IMG/VR virus record: IMGVR_UViG_3300048851_000098
Location: 32,001-96,000 of that record
DNA length: 64,000 nucleotides
Strand: one strand, 5' to 3'
Origin: a virus
This document shows, in pieces, positions 45,480-52,974 of the stretch. Within the stretch, counting starts at the first letter, position 1, and every line of letters starts with the position of its first letter. The notes beneath the pieces were generated by a model, which was given only the letters and a program-made list of their open reading frames with translations, ran no database searches and was not told the origin of the DNA. The position numbers and the translations under genes are program-made.

Positions 45480-45673
45480 CACGCAGGGTGGGATTTGAAC
45501 CACACGACCTCCGGGTTGTATCGAGTCTCCGAGCGACTACTTGCGCGCCGGCCGGAATACGCAAGTGCTTATCATCGGCTGTCCGGCGGTCGATGCCTCG
45601 ACCCTCCATGTTTACCGATTTCCACCTGCTCTTTGACTCTTCCCGGTGCTCTACCAGACTGAGCTACCCGCGT
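45480..45673 (-). ncRNA. tRNA-like RNA with a 126-nt structured insert replacing the anticodon loop
   Basis: Acceptor ACGCGGG/CCTGCGT; D arm GCTC-AGTCTGGTA-GAGC; stem CCGGG/CCCGG around 45516-45641; AGGTC variable region; T-loop GTTCAAATC. Confidence 0.75.
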
Positions 45674-45811
45674 ATGTGATGGGTTGCGATTCCAGACCTT
45701 ACGCAACCCGAATCGGATTCCCTCCCATACTTCACAGCGAATCCGATTGAATGAAGTAGTCTTCAGCCGCCCGTTACGACGTGGCTCATCTGGACTTCAC
45801 TCATGCGATGC

Positions 45812-45840
45812 ACTCTACAGTAGCTTGTGGGCTTTGTCAA
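45812..45840 (-). promoter_or_regulatory. sigma70/SigA promoter driving the tRNA-like RNA
   Basis: TTGACA-N17-TAGAGT on the minus strand. Confidence 0.75.
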
Positions 45841-45842
45841 CC

Positions 45843-46277
45843 CTAGGCGGCGACAAGCTCGCGCCCGCGCAAGTCCTCCACGGCACGGTCAATGACCTCC
45901 GCGCATGCCTCTGCACCATTGCGCACCATGTAGTCCGTGAAGGGGTCTGCTCTCATATCGCTTTCGAAAAACGTCGTCCCGGAATCTGCCTCTTCCGGGA
46001 TGAACGGCATGACAGCCAATTGCGCTCTATCGGCGAGTGGACTGTCATCGAACAGCGATGGAACGACTGGAATAACGCCGTAGCCATGCTCGCCCAAATC
46101 GTGTGCTGCCATCCGAATGCAGCCGACAAAGCAACCGCGCTCTGCTGTGCCAGTCCACGCCCCTTGAGCCCCGTCCGCAGTTTCGTACATAGAGTGAAGC
46201 GGGTCCTTCACCACTCTGTCAGGATCACGCAGCATTCTGGCGGCTGCTTCGAGCACGTCGATTTCAGAAACGCTCAT
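45843..46277 (-). CDS. hypothetical protein (DUF6197-like pattern)
   Basis: VLEAAARML...GCFVGCI...AEVIDRA; RBS AGAAAGGGACAG. Confidence 0.6.
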   Translation of the reverse strand: MSVSEIDVLEAAARMLRDPDRVVKDPLHSMYETADGAQGAWTGTAERGCFVGCIRMAAHDLGEHGYGVIPVVPSLFDDSPLADRAQLAVMPFIPEEADSGTTFFESDMRADPFTDYMVRNGAEACAEVIDRAVEDLRGRELVAA

Positions 46278-46543
46278 CTTCTGTCCCTTTCTGCTTCAAG
46301 ATCCGATACGAGTACATTGATCGGATTTTTGAAATCTGCGGCCAGTTCATCACAGATGATTTCTGCTTCGCCGTACTCATCATTGATTTCATGAATAGTG
46401 CATCTGAGACGGCTTACATTTTCTGATTTGAGTGAGCAGATTTTTCTTAGGAGAAGCGCGTTTGGATACCAACCAGAATGCTCTCGAATAACTTCTTCGA
46501 GTTCATCTGACAGGATCAGATACGCTGTGTCACCGGTTTGCAT
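46274..46543 (-). CDS. hypothetical protein
   Basis: TAATG- and ATGA-coupled on both sides. Confidence 0.55.
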   Translation of the reverse strand: MQTGDTAYLILSDELEEVIREHSGWYPNALLLRKICSLKSENVSRLRCTIHEINDEYGEAEIICDELAADFKNPINVLVSDLEAERDRR

Positions 46544-47001
46544 TAGCCGATGATTCCGAGCACGGCACTGACCTTCGCCAGTTCCTTCTGCCACTCGGCC
46601 TTTTCTCTTTCTGCTTGCTCGATTACTCTGTCCTGCCAAGCAATTCTCTCGCGAAGGAAATCGCAATGCTCGGTAGCGCTTTTGTACAACGCCGGAATCA
46701 GGTTACCCTCGTGAGTTGATTCTTTGAGAGGCAGACGTGATCTGTCGTCGTACTTCGTTTGTGTTGAGCTAACTGTGCTTCGAGGATCTACAGGCAGCTC
46801 AAGCCCCAGGCGTCTTGCGCCACGGCGAATTTTCTTCGCACTGAAGCCTGTTGCATCTTCGATCTGCGTCCACGTCAGCCCATCGTGACGCATCTCAACT
46901 GCCCATCTAATTCTGAAGTCGTCGCCTTGGTTTGGCTCCTCCTCCACCGCCACTGACTCGCGTGCCTCTTCGCCAGTGACCCCTTCCTCGGTTACCACCA
47001 C
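46543..47001 (-). CDS. HTH plus coiled-coil protein
   Basis: GLTWTQIEDATGFSAKKIRR. Confidence 0.65.
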   Translation of the reverse strand: MVVTEEGVTGEEARESVAVEEEPNQGDDFRIRWAVEMRHDGLTWTQIEDATGFSAKKIRRGARRLGLELPVDPRSTVSSTQTKYDDRSRLPLKESTHEGNLIPALYKSATEHCDFLRERIAWQDRVIEQAEREKAEWQKELAKVSAVLGIIG

Positions 47002-47021
47002 GACTCCTTTCCTCGTGTTCC

Positions 47022-48704
47022 TTAGATGCTCTCCTGAATGAACTGCGCCATGATCTGTGGTGCGCCAGAGTCGAACCCGACGACATCCAACATGCCTGGA
47101 TCTCTTGGGTTAGCGATGCTGTATTCGGTAGCTGTGTAGGCAGCAGCAATCAGCTTTGCTCTGATACCGCTTTCCTTGCGATAGAACTCCAAAGCTTGCG
47201 ATGCGTGAATCCCACCATTCCACGACTCGTTATCGGTGTGGATCTCGAAAACGTCGTATTCCTTGCCGTTCTCACGGGCGTACATGATTGGCAGTGCGCA
47301 ATCTGTAGCACCCATAAACGGAGACATCGCTCGCATCGCGCGATCAACATCATCGAGACGCTGACGGGGGCTGAGTGCCATCGGTGTCAAGCCAGGGTAG
47401 ATCTCTCTACCGGAGTTCCGACTGCGGTAATAACTGTCCCCTCCGCTGGTAAACGCAACCACGTCGTAGGGATCGCCCGTCTTCATGCTGGCGAGCGACA
47501 TCGCACCGGCCGCCTCTGCGGCCACGAACCCTTCGATGCCGGCGACGTACCTCGGGTACGCGCCCCACATCGAACCGGAGATATCGAGCGCAATCAGACG
47601 ACGTGCGCCAGTCGGCTCCAAATTGTCGAACGCGAGATAGAACGCCTCATCGAGGGCGTCGAGAATCTGAGGCACAGGTGTCCACGTCTGCCCGCGCCGG
47701 CCCACCCCCGCCGCATAGGTCTTTGAGGCCAGCAGCACGTTGGCAGGGTGGATTCGCGCAGCGCTGATTACCTCCGCGTCAGTGAGCGTTCTGCGGATGA
47801 TGTCCGTCTCTCTGCTTGTGCCAGTGATCACACCATCGCGTGTCATGTTGGCGAGATTGCGAATCATCGCCGTCATGGGCATTTGTGCATTCAGAAGTGC
47901 AGACCAGACCTCGGGCTGATTTCTGTGCTCAGTCAGAATCGCCTCGCGTGGCAGACGGAATCTTTCGATCAGTCTGGCAGTAGCTCTCGGCGTTCTCGCT
48001 CTGAGAGCCTTGCCGGCAGCCTGCACGATCTCCGGGAGATCTCTTTTCTTTCCCTTGTATCTGTTGGTCGCCCACTGGAAGAGCATCTTCATCTCTTCCA
48101 TATCTTCGTGAACAACTCTCTCGCGATCCTCTGGATTTGGATGTGCGAGACGCAACAGATCCTCGTGCGACCATCCGTCGCGCTGTGGATACTTCACGAG
48201 CTGGTAGGCGAGCTTCGGAATTGGCTTCTTCAGATACCAATTCGCCACGGCGTTTCTCATACCACGGCCCCAGCCGGCGAACTGCTCGCGGAACGTAACG
48301 AATTGGAACAAATGTGTGCCGATACGGCAGACATTGTTCACGTTCTCGAATGCGTACTGGCGTGTTGCGTCATCACCAAGCGCAGAGGCCATGGCGAGAG
48401 CGAACACGGCTTGATCATTCTTCGGTGCGCGAGCGTCCATCGAGATTTCAACGATGGTGTCCACGGTTCTGATTCCGTCAAGTTTGCAACACTCGATTAC
48501 GCACTCGGCGTTTTCACGAGTCAGCTTGCGCTCACCCGTGTAGTAGGTCCCGCCCTCGGAACCGAGAATGAGGAATCGCCGCAGACGAGCAAAGGGATCG
48601 ATCTCATAGACGAAACCACCAGCGTTGTTCTCGACCTGATCTTGACCAGGGATCGGTTCGCTCTGTGGTGTTTCTTTTGCTCCGTAATTTCTCAGATACG
48701 ACAT
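47022..48704 (-). CDS. rsr: Ro60/Rsr TROVE-domain RNA-binding protein with a vWA domain
   Basis: NNAGGFVY, RLRRFLILGSEGGTYY, VCRIGTHLF, YQLVKY.QRDGWSH.DLLRLAHP, MPMTAMIRNL, MIDAS ALDISGSM, TDC, TDNE, MLDVVGFD. Confidence 0.97.
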   Translation of the reverse strand: MSYLRNYGAKETPQSEPIPGQDQVENNAGGFVYEIDPFARLRRFLILGSEGGTYYTGERKLTRENAECVIECCKLDGIRTVDTIVEISMDARAPKNDQAVFALAMASALGDDATRQYAFENVNNVCRIGTHLFQFVTFREQFAGWGRGMRNAVANWYLKKPIPKLAYQLVKYPQRDGWSHEDLLRLAHPNPEDRERVVHEDMEEMKMLFQWATNRYKGKKRDLPEIVQAAGKALRARTPRATARLIERFRLPREAILTEHRNQPEVWSALLNAQMPMTAMIRNLANMTRDGVITGTSRETDIIRRTLTDAEVISAARIHPANVLLASKTYAAGVGRRGQTWTPVPQILDALDEAFYLAFDNLEPTGARRLIALDISGSMWGAYPRYVAGIEGFVAAEAAGAMSLASMKTGDPYDVVAFTSGGDSYYRSRNSGREIYPGLTPMALSPRQRLDDVDRAMRAMSPFMGATDCALPIMYARENGKEYDVFEIHTDNESWNGGIHASQALEFYRKESGIRAKLIAAAYTATEYSIANPRDPGMLDVVGFDSGAPQIMAQFIQESI

Positions 48705-48762
48705 TTCGATCCCTTCGCATATGTGATTTCTTCAGCGCCCCTAAGAGGCTACGAACCTCTAT

Positions 48763-48862
48763 CTGTTATCGGAAAGCTCAGCCGGTGTGCATCGCCTGCG
48801 CGTGGCCGCGTTAGAAGCACGACCAGCGAGAGGGACCGGCAGCCTATGACACTTTCCAACAG
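48763..48862 (-). ncRNA. structured RNA presenting an isolated anticodon-like stem-loop (CUUCUAA)
   Basis: CTGTT-GGAAAG/CTTTCC..AACAG, GCCGGT/ACCGGC, TGGTCGTG-CTTCTAA-CGCGGCCA (48803-48825). Confidence 0.5.
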
Positions 48863-48888
48863 GACTCGTACGAGAGTCGGGGCAAGAA

Positions 48889-49025
48889 AGGCTACGAGCA
48901 AATTGTTTGGATTCGATATAGGCGCTCTAACCAGGCTGAGCTACACGCCTTTTGAGCGTGACGGGATTCGAACCCGCGACCTCCCTCTTATGCGGAGATA
49001 ATCGATTCCATCCGGCTCGTAGCCT
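48889..49025 (-). ncRNA. YrlA-type Y RNA with a permuted tRNA-like domain
   Basis: AGGCTACGAGC/GCTCGTAGCCT ends; T arm (GGGTTCGAATCCC), closed acceptor (CACGC/GCGTG), then D arm (TAGCTCAGCCTGGTTAGAGC); adjacent to Ro60. Confidence 0.9.
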
Positions 49026-49033
49026 TCAAGAGA

Positions 49034-49106
49034 TCTCGCGAACAAATAGTTGGTGATGGGTATTGTCTGTTCGATAGAGATAACCCAAAACCTCCGGCTC
49101 GCGAGA
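49034..49106 (-). ncRNA. minimal 73-nt Y RNA without a tRNA module
   Basis: TCTCGCGAGC/GTTCGCGAGA ends; CGAGCCGGA-N9-TTATCT...ATTTGTTCG. Confidence 0.8.
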
Positions 49107-49128
49107 GCAGTTATTCAGTTGTAAGGGG

Positions 49129-49270
49129 CTGGTCGAACAAATTAGTTGAAAAGCGAGATTTTTTACCACTGCTCTACCAATTGAGCTACCGACGCTCTTC
49201 GAGCCTCGGGCAGGAATCGAACCTGCAACCTTTGGTCCCTGAGATAACGCTTATCGTCCGGCTCGACCAG
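49129..49270 (-). ncRNA. second YrlA-type Y RNA
   Basis: CTGGTCGAGC/GTTCGACCAG ends; T arm GCAGG-TTCGATT-CCTGC, closed acceptor, D arm TAGCTCAATTGGTAGAGC. Confidence 0.9.
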
Positions 49271-49276
49271 TTGTAA

Positions 49277-49441
49277 CTATTTTCTCCTTGACCCTCGCCA
49301 ATCAGCTCTTCGTGTCTTTCTATTATGAGCCCATTTTCTTGCTGCTCTTCTAGCAGTGGCCCACATAAATCTACGCTGCTTTTCACTTCTGAATTTACCG
49401 CCGCCATGTTTTCTCTGGCGAGAGCGAGAAGCCATTTTCAT
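49277..49441 (-). CDS. 54-aa Arg-rich small protein (not in the ORF track)
   Basis: MKMASRSRQRKHGGGKFRSEKQRRFMWATARRAARKWAHNRKTRRADWRGSRRK; GGGAGA RBS. Confidence 0.6.
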   Translation of the reverse strand: MKMASRSRQRKHGGGKFRSEKQRRFMWATARRAARKWAHNRKTRRADWRGSRRK

Positions 49442-49516
49442 CTATCTCCCGAAAATCTCTTCCGCCCGACATCCGAAGCATACCATGAGATCCGAATCAG
49501 ATGCAAGGAATCCCTG

Positions 49517-49684
49517 CAAAAGAAAAGAACTGCCGAGAGATCGCGATACGCGGTGTCTCTCGACAGTCCTTTTCCCCCAACACAGCGACCAGGCGGGACG
49601 TGGTCACTGTCATGGTGAGCCTGCAAGCGAATGCCGGAAGAGGATCAGCAAAACCGGCGGGCTTGCAGGCTCTCCACGATTATA
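49517..49684 (-). ncRNA. putative trans-acting sRNA with its own promoter and terminator
   Basis: TGnTATAAT (49679-49687); 12-bp stem GAGCCTGCAAGC/GCTTGCAGGCTC; 16-nt loop TTTTGCTGATCCTCTT; 11-bp terminator stem followed by TTCTTTTCTTTT. Confidence 0.65.
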
Positions 49685-50041
49685 TCAGTCTCTTTCGTGT
49701 TCCCGCATGATCTCGTGCGCTTGAATGTCAGCCTCTTCGAGATCATGCACGAGTCTGATTGCTTCTTCGAGAGTTTCACAGGAATGCACTTCAACATCCC
49801 ATTTACTTGGCTTTCGACCAGGATATGAAATTTCTCGACCGCTGTCATCCAGAATCAAAATCTCGCCAACGTGGAAGACTGGTGCTCGCATCACCAATGC
49901 AAGCTGAAGAGGAATAGGAGAGAATTTTCCATCATCTCCATATTGCTTTTCAGGATTATCTGAATACAGCTCGAAAGCAGCAGCCAGATTACCACCTGTC
50001 TCTGGTTCGCACACTCTGGTGACAACAGCGAATTCAGCCAT
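49685..50041 (-). CDS. hypothetical protein
   Basis: Overlaps the Fic stop; ends at the sRNA promoter. Confidence 0.55.
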   Translation of the reverse strand: MAEFAVVTRVCEPETGGNLAAAFELYSDNPEKQYGDDGKFSPIPLQLALVMRAPVFHVGEILILDDSGREISYPGRKPSKWDVEVHSCETLEEAIRLVHDLEEADIQAHEIMREHERD

Positions 50042-50507
50042 GATGTCTGTCAAGCGTGGCGTAGTACCAGAGCTGAAGGAACGGCAGTACGAACGGATCG
50101 TTGCCAAGCCTCATCATCTGCCAGGCCCACAGAGCGCGCCCGCTGCGGCCGTTGCCGTCCATGAACGGGTGGATGCGCTCGTACTCCGCGTGTGCGTCGT
50201 ACGGGTTGTCCAGCACACCGTTCACAGCGTCTTGTATCCCGTCGAGCCAGTCGGTCAGGTACTTCACGACCAACGGCCCGCCTTGTGGCGGAACATGATT
50301 CCCCACAACCACAGAGTGATGATCCTGCGTCCGCAGTGGTGCGTTGGCTACCGTAGAAACGAATTCTTGTATATCTTCGATTCTCAGGTAGTCCTTCATC
50401 CACAGATCTTCGTGCGCTCTGATCTCGCTCGCATTCGGACGACGAAAGATTCCCTCGATCCCGTTCGACTCTGTGATGAATGCTATTACCTTTTCTCTAT
50501 TCATCAC
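50034..50507 (-). CDS. Fic-domain protein with an N-terminal inhibitory helix motif
   Basis: HPFMDGNGRSGR; SNGIEG matches (S/T)xxxE(G/N). Confidence 0.92.
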   Translation of the reverse strand: MMNREKVIAFITESNGIEGIFRRPNASEIRAHEDLWMKDYLRIEDIQEFVSTVANAPLRTQDHHSVVVGNHVPPQGGPLVVKYLTDWLDGIQDAVNGVLDNPYDAHAEYERIHPFMDGNGRSGRALWAWQMMRLGNDPFVLPFLQLWYYATLDRHHG

Positions 50508-51022
50508 AGATGATCATTCTCTCGATCAATTCTCTTCATGCGCTCGTAGATGACCAACCAGACTATCGCGCAAAAAAGCACGAACAGTCCGAGCATCACC
50601 AGAATGCCTGCAATTGTAAGGGCTACTTCCATTAGTCCACTTCTGCGTCGGGGTACGGAACTTCCGCTTCTTCGAACCGAAGTGTACCAGTTTCTTCCTG
50701 ATAACGTTCGCGCTGTTGCTGATTCGCGTAGATCTTCTCAGCTCTTACACGTTGATCGCCATGATAGCGAATCGCATCAGCAATTCGATTTACCCAGCGA
50801 TCAACGTCGAAAGAATTGATCACTGTCTTGGTGGTGCTGCACTGAAGAGCTGAGTGCGAAGATCTTCGACTTCGTTGCCGAGTGCTTCGTTACTTGCGTT
50901 GAGGCGATTGATCTCGATTCTGTAATCTTTTGTAGCCTCTTCGATTCTGTCGGCTACATATCTTCTGAAAGTGGGCTTCTGTTCCAGTTTGTTGAAAAGG
51001 AACTGAGTGAGCATGTCTGACA

Positions 51023-51313
51023 TTATTCGCTCAGTCTCTTCAGAGCACGCCCGCGCGCGATGTTACGCCCGATGCGCTTGGAGAACTGATCGTTCGGGTG
51101 GCACACAGCCAGGCCCGTAGCGATGATGTTCTCTTCGGCGTCGTAGACCGTTGCGGCGGTCGCCCGGTGCTGCTCGCCCAGCGTATGGCCCTGCGGGGTG
51201 GAAAGCGTGTAGGCGTGGTCATAGATGACCTTGGCGCCTTCGGGAAGCTGGAATCGGCCCTTCGGCTTGCTTCTCGGCTTGTCTGTCTGCGTCATGCGTT
51301 CTCCTATCTGCAC
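51023..51313 (-). CDS. conserved phage hypothetical protein
   Basis: GLAVCHPNDQFSKRIGRNIARGRA. Confidence 0.65.
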   Translation of the reverse strand: MQIGERMTQTDKPRSKPKGRFQLPEGAKVIYDHAYTLSTPQGHTLGEQHRATAATVYDAEENIIATGLAVCHPNDQFSKRIGRNIARGRALKRLSE

Positions 51314-51564
51314 GTTGGGTCTTCGATTACTGCCACCGCCACGCCGACATCATCCCCGCCGACTGAGTAGACGCGATGCCCTCTGCTGTCGCACTTGTGT
51401 GCAACGCTGGCGAAGCCATCAGGAAAGTTGATCACGTTCGCTGGGGCAGTATCACGCTGCTCGATCTTCGCATCGTTACCGCACCCCGCGAAGAAAATCA
51501 GAACAACAACTGCCGCGATGATTGCAACACACAGCAGAAAGAAACGTTGATTGGTTCTACTCAT
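51304..51564 (-). CDS. lipoprotein
   Basis: Signal peptide with lipobox FAGC. Confidence 0.65.
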   Translation of the reverse strand: MSRTNQRFFLLCVAIIAAVVVLIFFAGCGNDAKIEQRDTAPANVINFPDGFASVAHKCDSRGHRVYSVGGDDVGVAVAVIEDPTCR

Positions 51565-51691
51565 AGTTATCCCTTGAATATAAGCCACAGAAAAACAAGT
51601 GCGAGAAGTGTTCCGCACAGGATGATCGTTACTTGTACTGCGGGGTGAAGTTCCGTGAAACTGGTTTCTTCGGTCGCTGCCAAAATAAAGT

Positions 51692-51988
51692 TCATCGATT
51701 CAGTGTCCGATCATTGAGCGCAACCAGCTTATATCGAGCTTGAGATCGCAACTCTTCGATTCTGTATTCGAAATCAGGATTAGCGAATGCAACTGATCCG
51801 ATCAGAAGACGCTCTTCACCCGGCTTGACTACGTAGACAACGACTTGTTCGCCGTCAGATCTCTCGCTCAGCTCCCACTCGGCATCGGCCTGCTGACGCT
51901 TAGCAAGCTGAGTTTTGGCCCATGTGACCGCCAGGTATCCCAGGCAGACCACGAGGATGATCAGAAGCAGTACCGCGAGCGCTTTCAT
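51692..51988 (-). CDS. membrane-anchored protein
   Basis: N-terminal TM helix. Confidence 0.6.
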   Translation of the reverse strand: MKALAVLLLIILVVCLGYLAVTWAKTQLAKRQQADAEWELSERSDGEQVVVYVVKPGEERLLIGSVAFANPDFEYRIEELRSQARYKLVALNDRTLNR

Positions 51989-52398
51989 CTGACTGGATAG
52001 TCGTAATCAAGAGATTGCGGACTGGCTCTGGCGTCGTCACTGACCACCACGACCTCTTCCCGCAGCAGTTTCAAGCCCTCTGTCAGATCGTTGATGTCGA
52101 GCTTCAGCAATTCGCCATCGTCTTTTGTGCTGAAGATGATGGTTCCGTTCTCTCTGGCGCGTGCGATGATCAGCTCGCATCTGATGCCGTACTCATTCAC
52201 AACAGCAGGCAGCCGCACATCTACTTCGATGTTGCGAACGACTCTCGGCGTTGGCGTCTCCACTGGCGTTTCCGCTCTCGCGGATCTCTTCTTTCTGTCT
52301 TCGCGCCGTCTGCGAGCGCGCTCAGCCTGCTTGCGTCTTTCGCTCGGCAGATCTCTCTTGTAGTAGTAGCTCTTGCCGTCTTCGAAGTATCGCGGCAT
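51985..52398 (-). CDS. hypothetical protein
   Basis: AAAGGATCAG motif and TGCTATAAT promoter (52450-52458) upstream. Confidence 0.65.
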   Translation of the reverse strand: MPRYFEDGKSYYYKRDLPSERRKQAERARRRREDRKKRSARAETPVETPTPRVVRNIEVDVRLPAVVNEYGIRCELIIARARENGTIIFSTKDDGELLKLDINDLTEGLKLLREEVVVVSDDARASPQSLDYDYPVR

Positions 52399-52460
52399 AT
52401 GCTGATCCTTTCTGAAATTCTACAAAAACTGATTCGAACTCTACCTATTATTATAGCACA

Positions 52461-52736
52461 CTACTCGTCGCGTCTCCAAATGTCCCATTCTCTCATGAAT
52501 CGTCTCCACCACCAGTGAAGACACCACAGCATCCATATACCGGCAATAATTTGCCCAACGCCAATAAGAACGATATAGGTCTTTTCGTCATCCAGTTTAC
52601 TTCCGCCAGACAAAAAGTCGTAGATGCTGAAGATGATGCACCAAATAACGAAAAAGAGCGCCAACCAGAAATCTGGACGTGGCGGCTTCCAGCGTCTACG
52701 GCGGCTGCGTATACGAGGCAGTGCGATGCTCGTCAT
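52461..52736 (-). CDS. two-TM membrane protein
   Basis: Two hydrophobic helices. Confidence 0.6.
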   Translation of the reverse strand: MTSIALPRIRSRRRRWKPPRPDFWLALFFVIWCIIFSIYDFLSGGSKLDDEKTYIVLIGVGQIIAGIWMLWCLHWWWRRFMREWDIWRRDE

Positions 52737-52974
52737 GTCGGAAGACGGTCGCCCATGTACTCGCGCACGCTCTCGGGCAACTGCAACACCATCACGCCAT
52801 CAACTGAGATACCACAGCGTTCACAGTCAATGCGACAGAAGAGAGATCTTTTAGCATCGCTGAGTCTCCGGTCCCACTTGTGTTTACCGGTGACTTTGCA
52901 CATGAATGGTTTATTGCGAAGATTATTGAGCATGATGGAAAAAGCGGACGGGATCTCTCCCGCCCGCTGAATTC

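Noticed and set aside
45516-45641. Group I intron in a tRNA anticodon
   Set aside because: Only 126 nt, no recognisable P7/R/S elements, and the exon junctions give no U33 or valid anticodon loop.
47748-49001. 417-aa plus-strand ORF (also 60652-62127, 59259-59897, 24237-25271, 11720-12565)
   Set aside because: Antisense to well-supported genes (Ro60, AAA+, DUF932, RusA region, DnaB); no motifs.
49186-49407. 73-aa minus-strand ORF in the track
   Set aside because: Runs through the Y RNA; an overlapping 54-aa ORF (49277-49441) has a better RBS and a recognisable motif, and ends just before the RNA.
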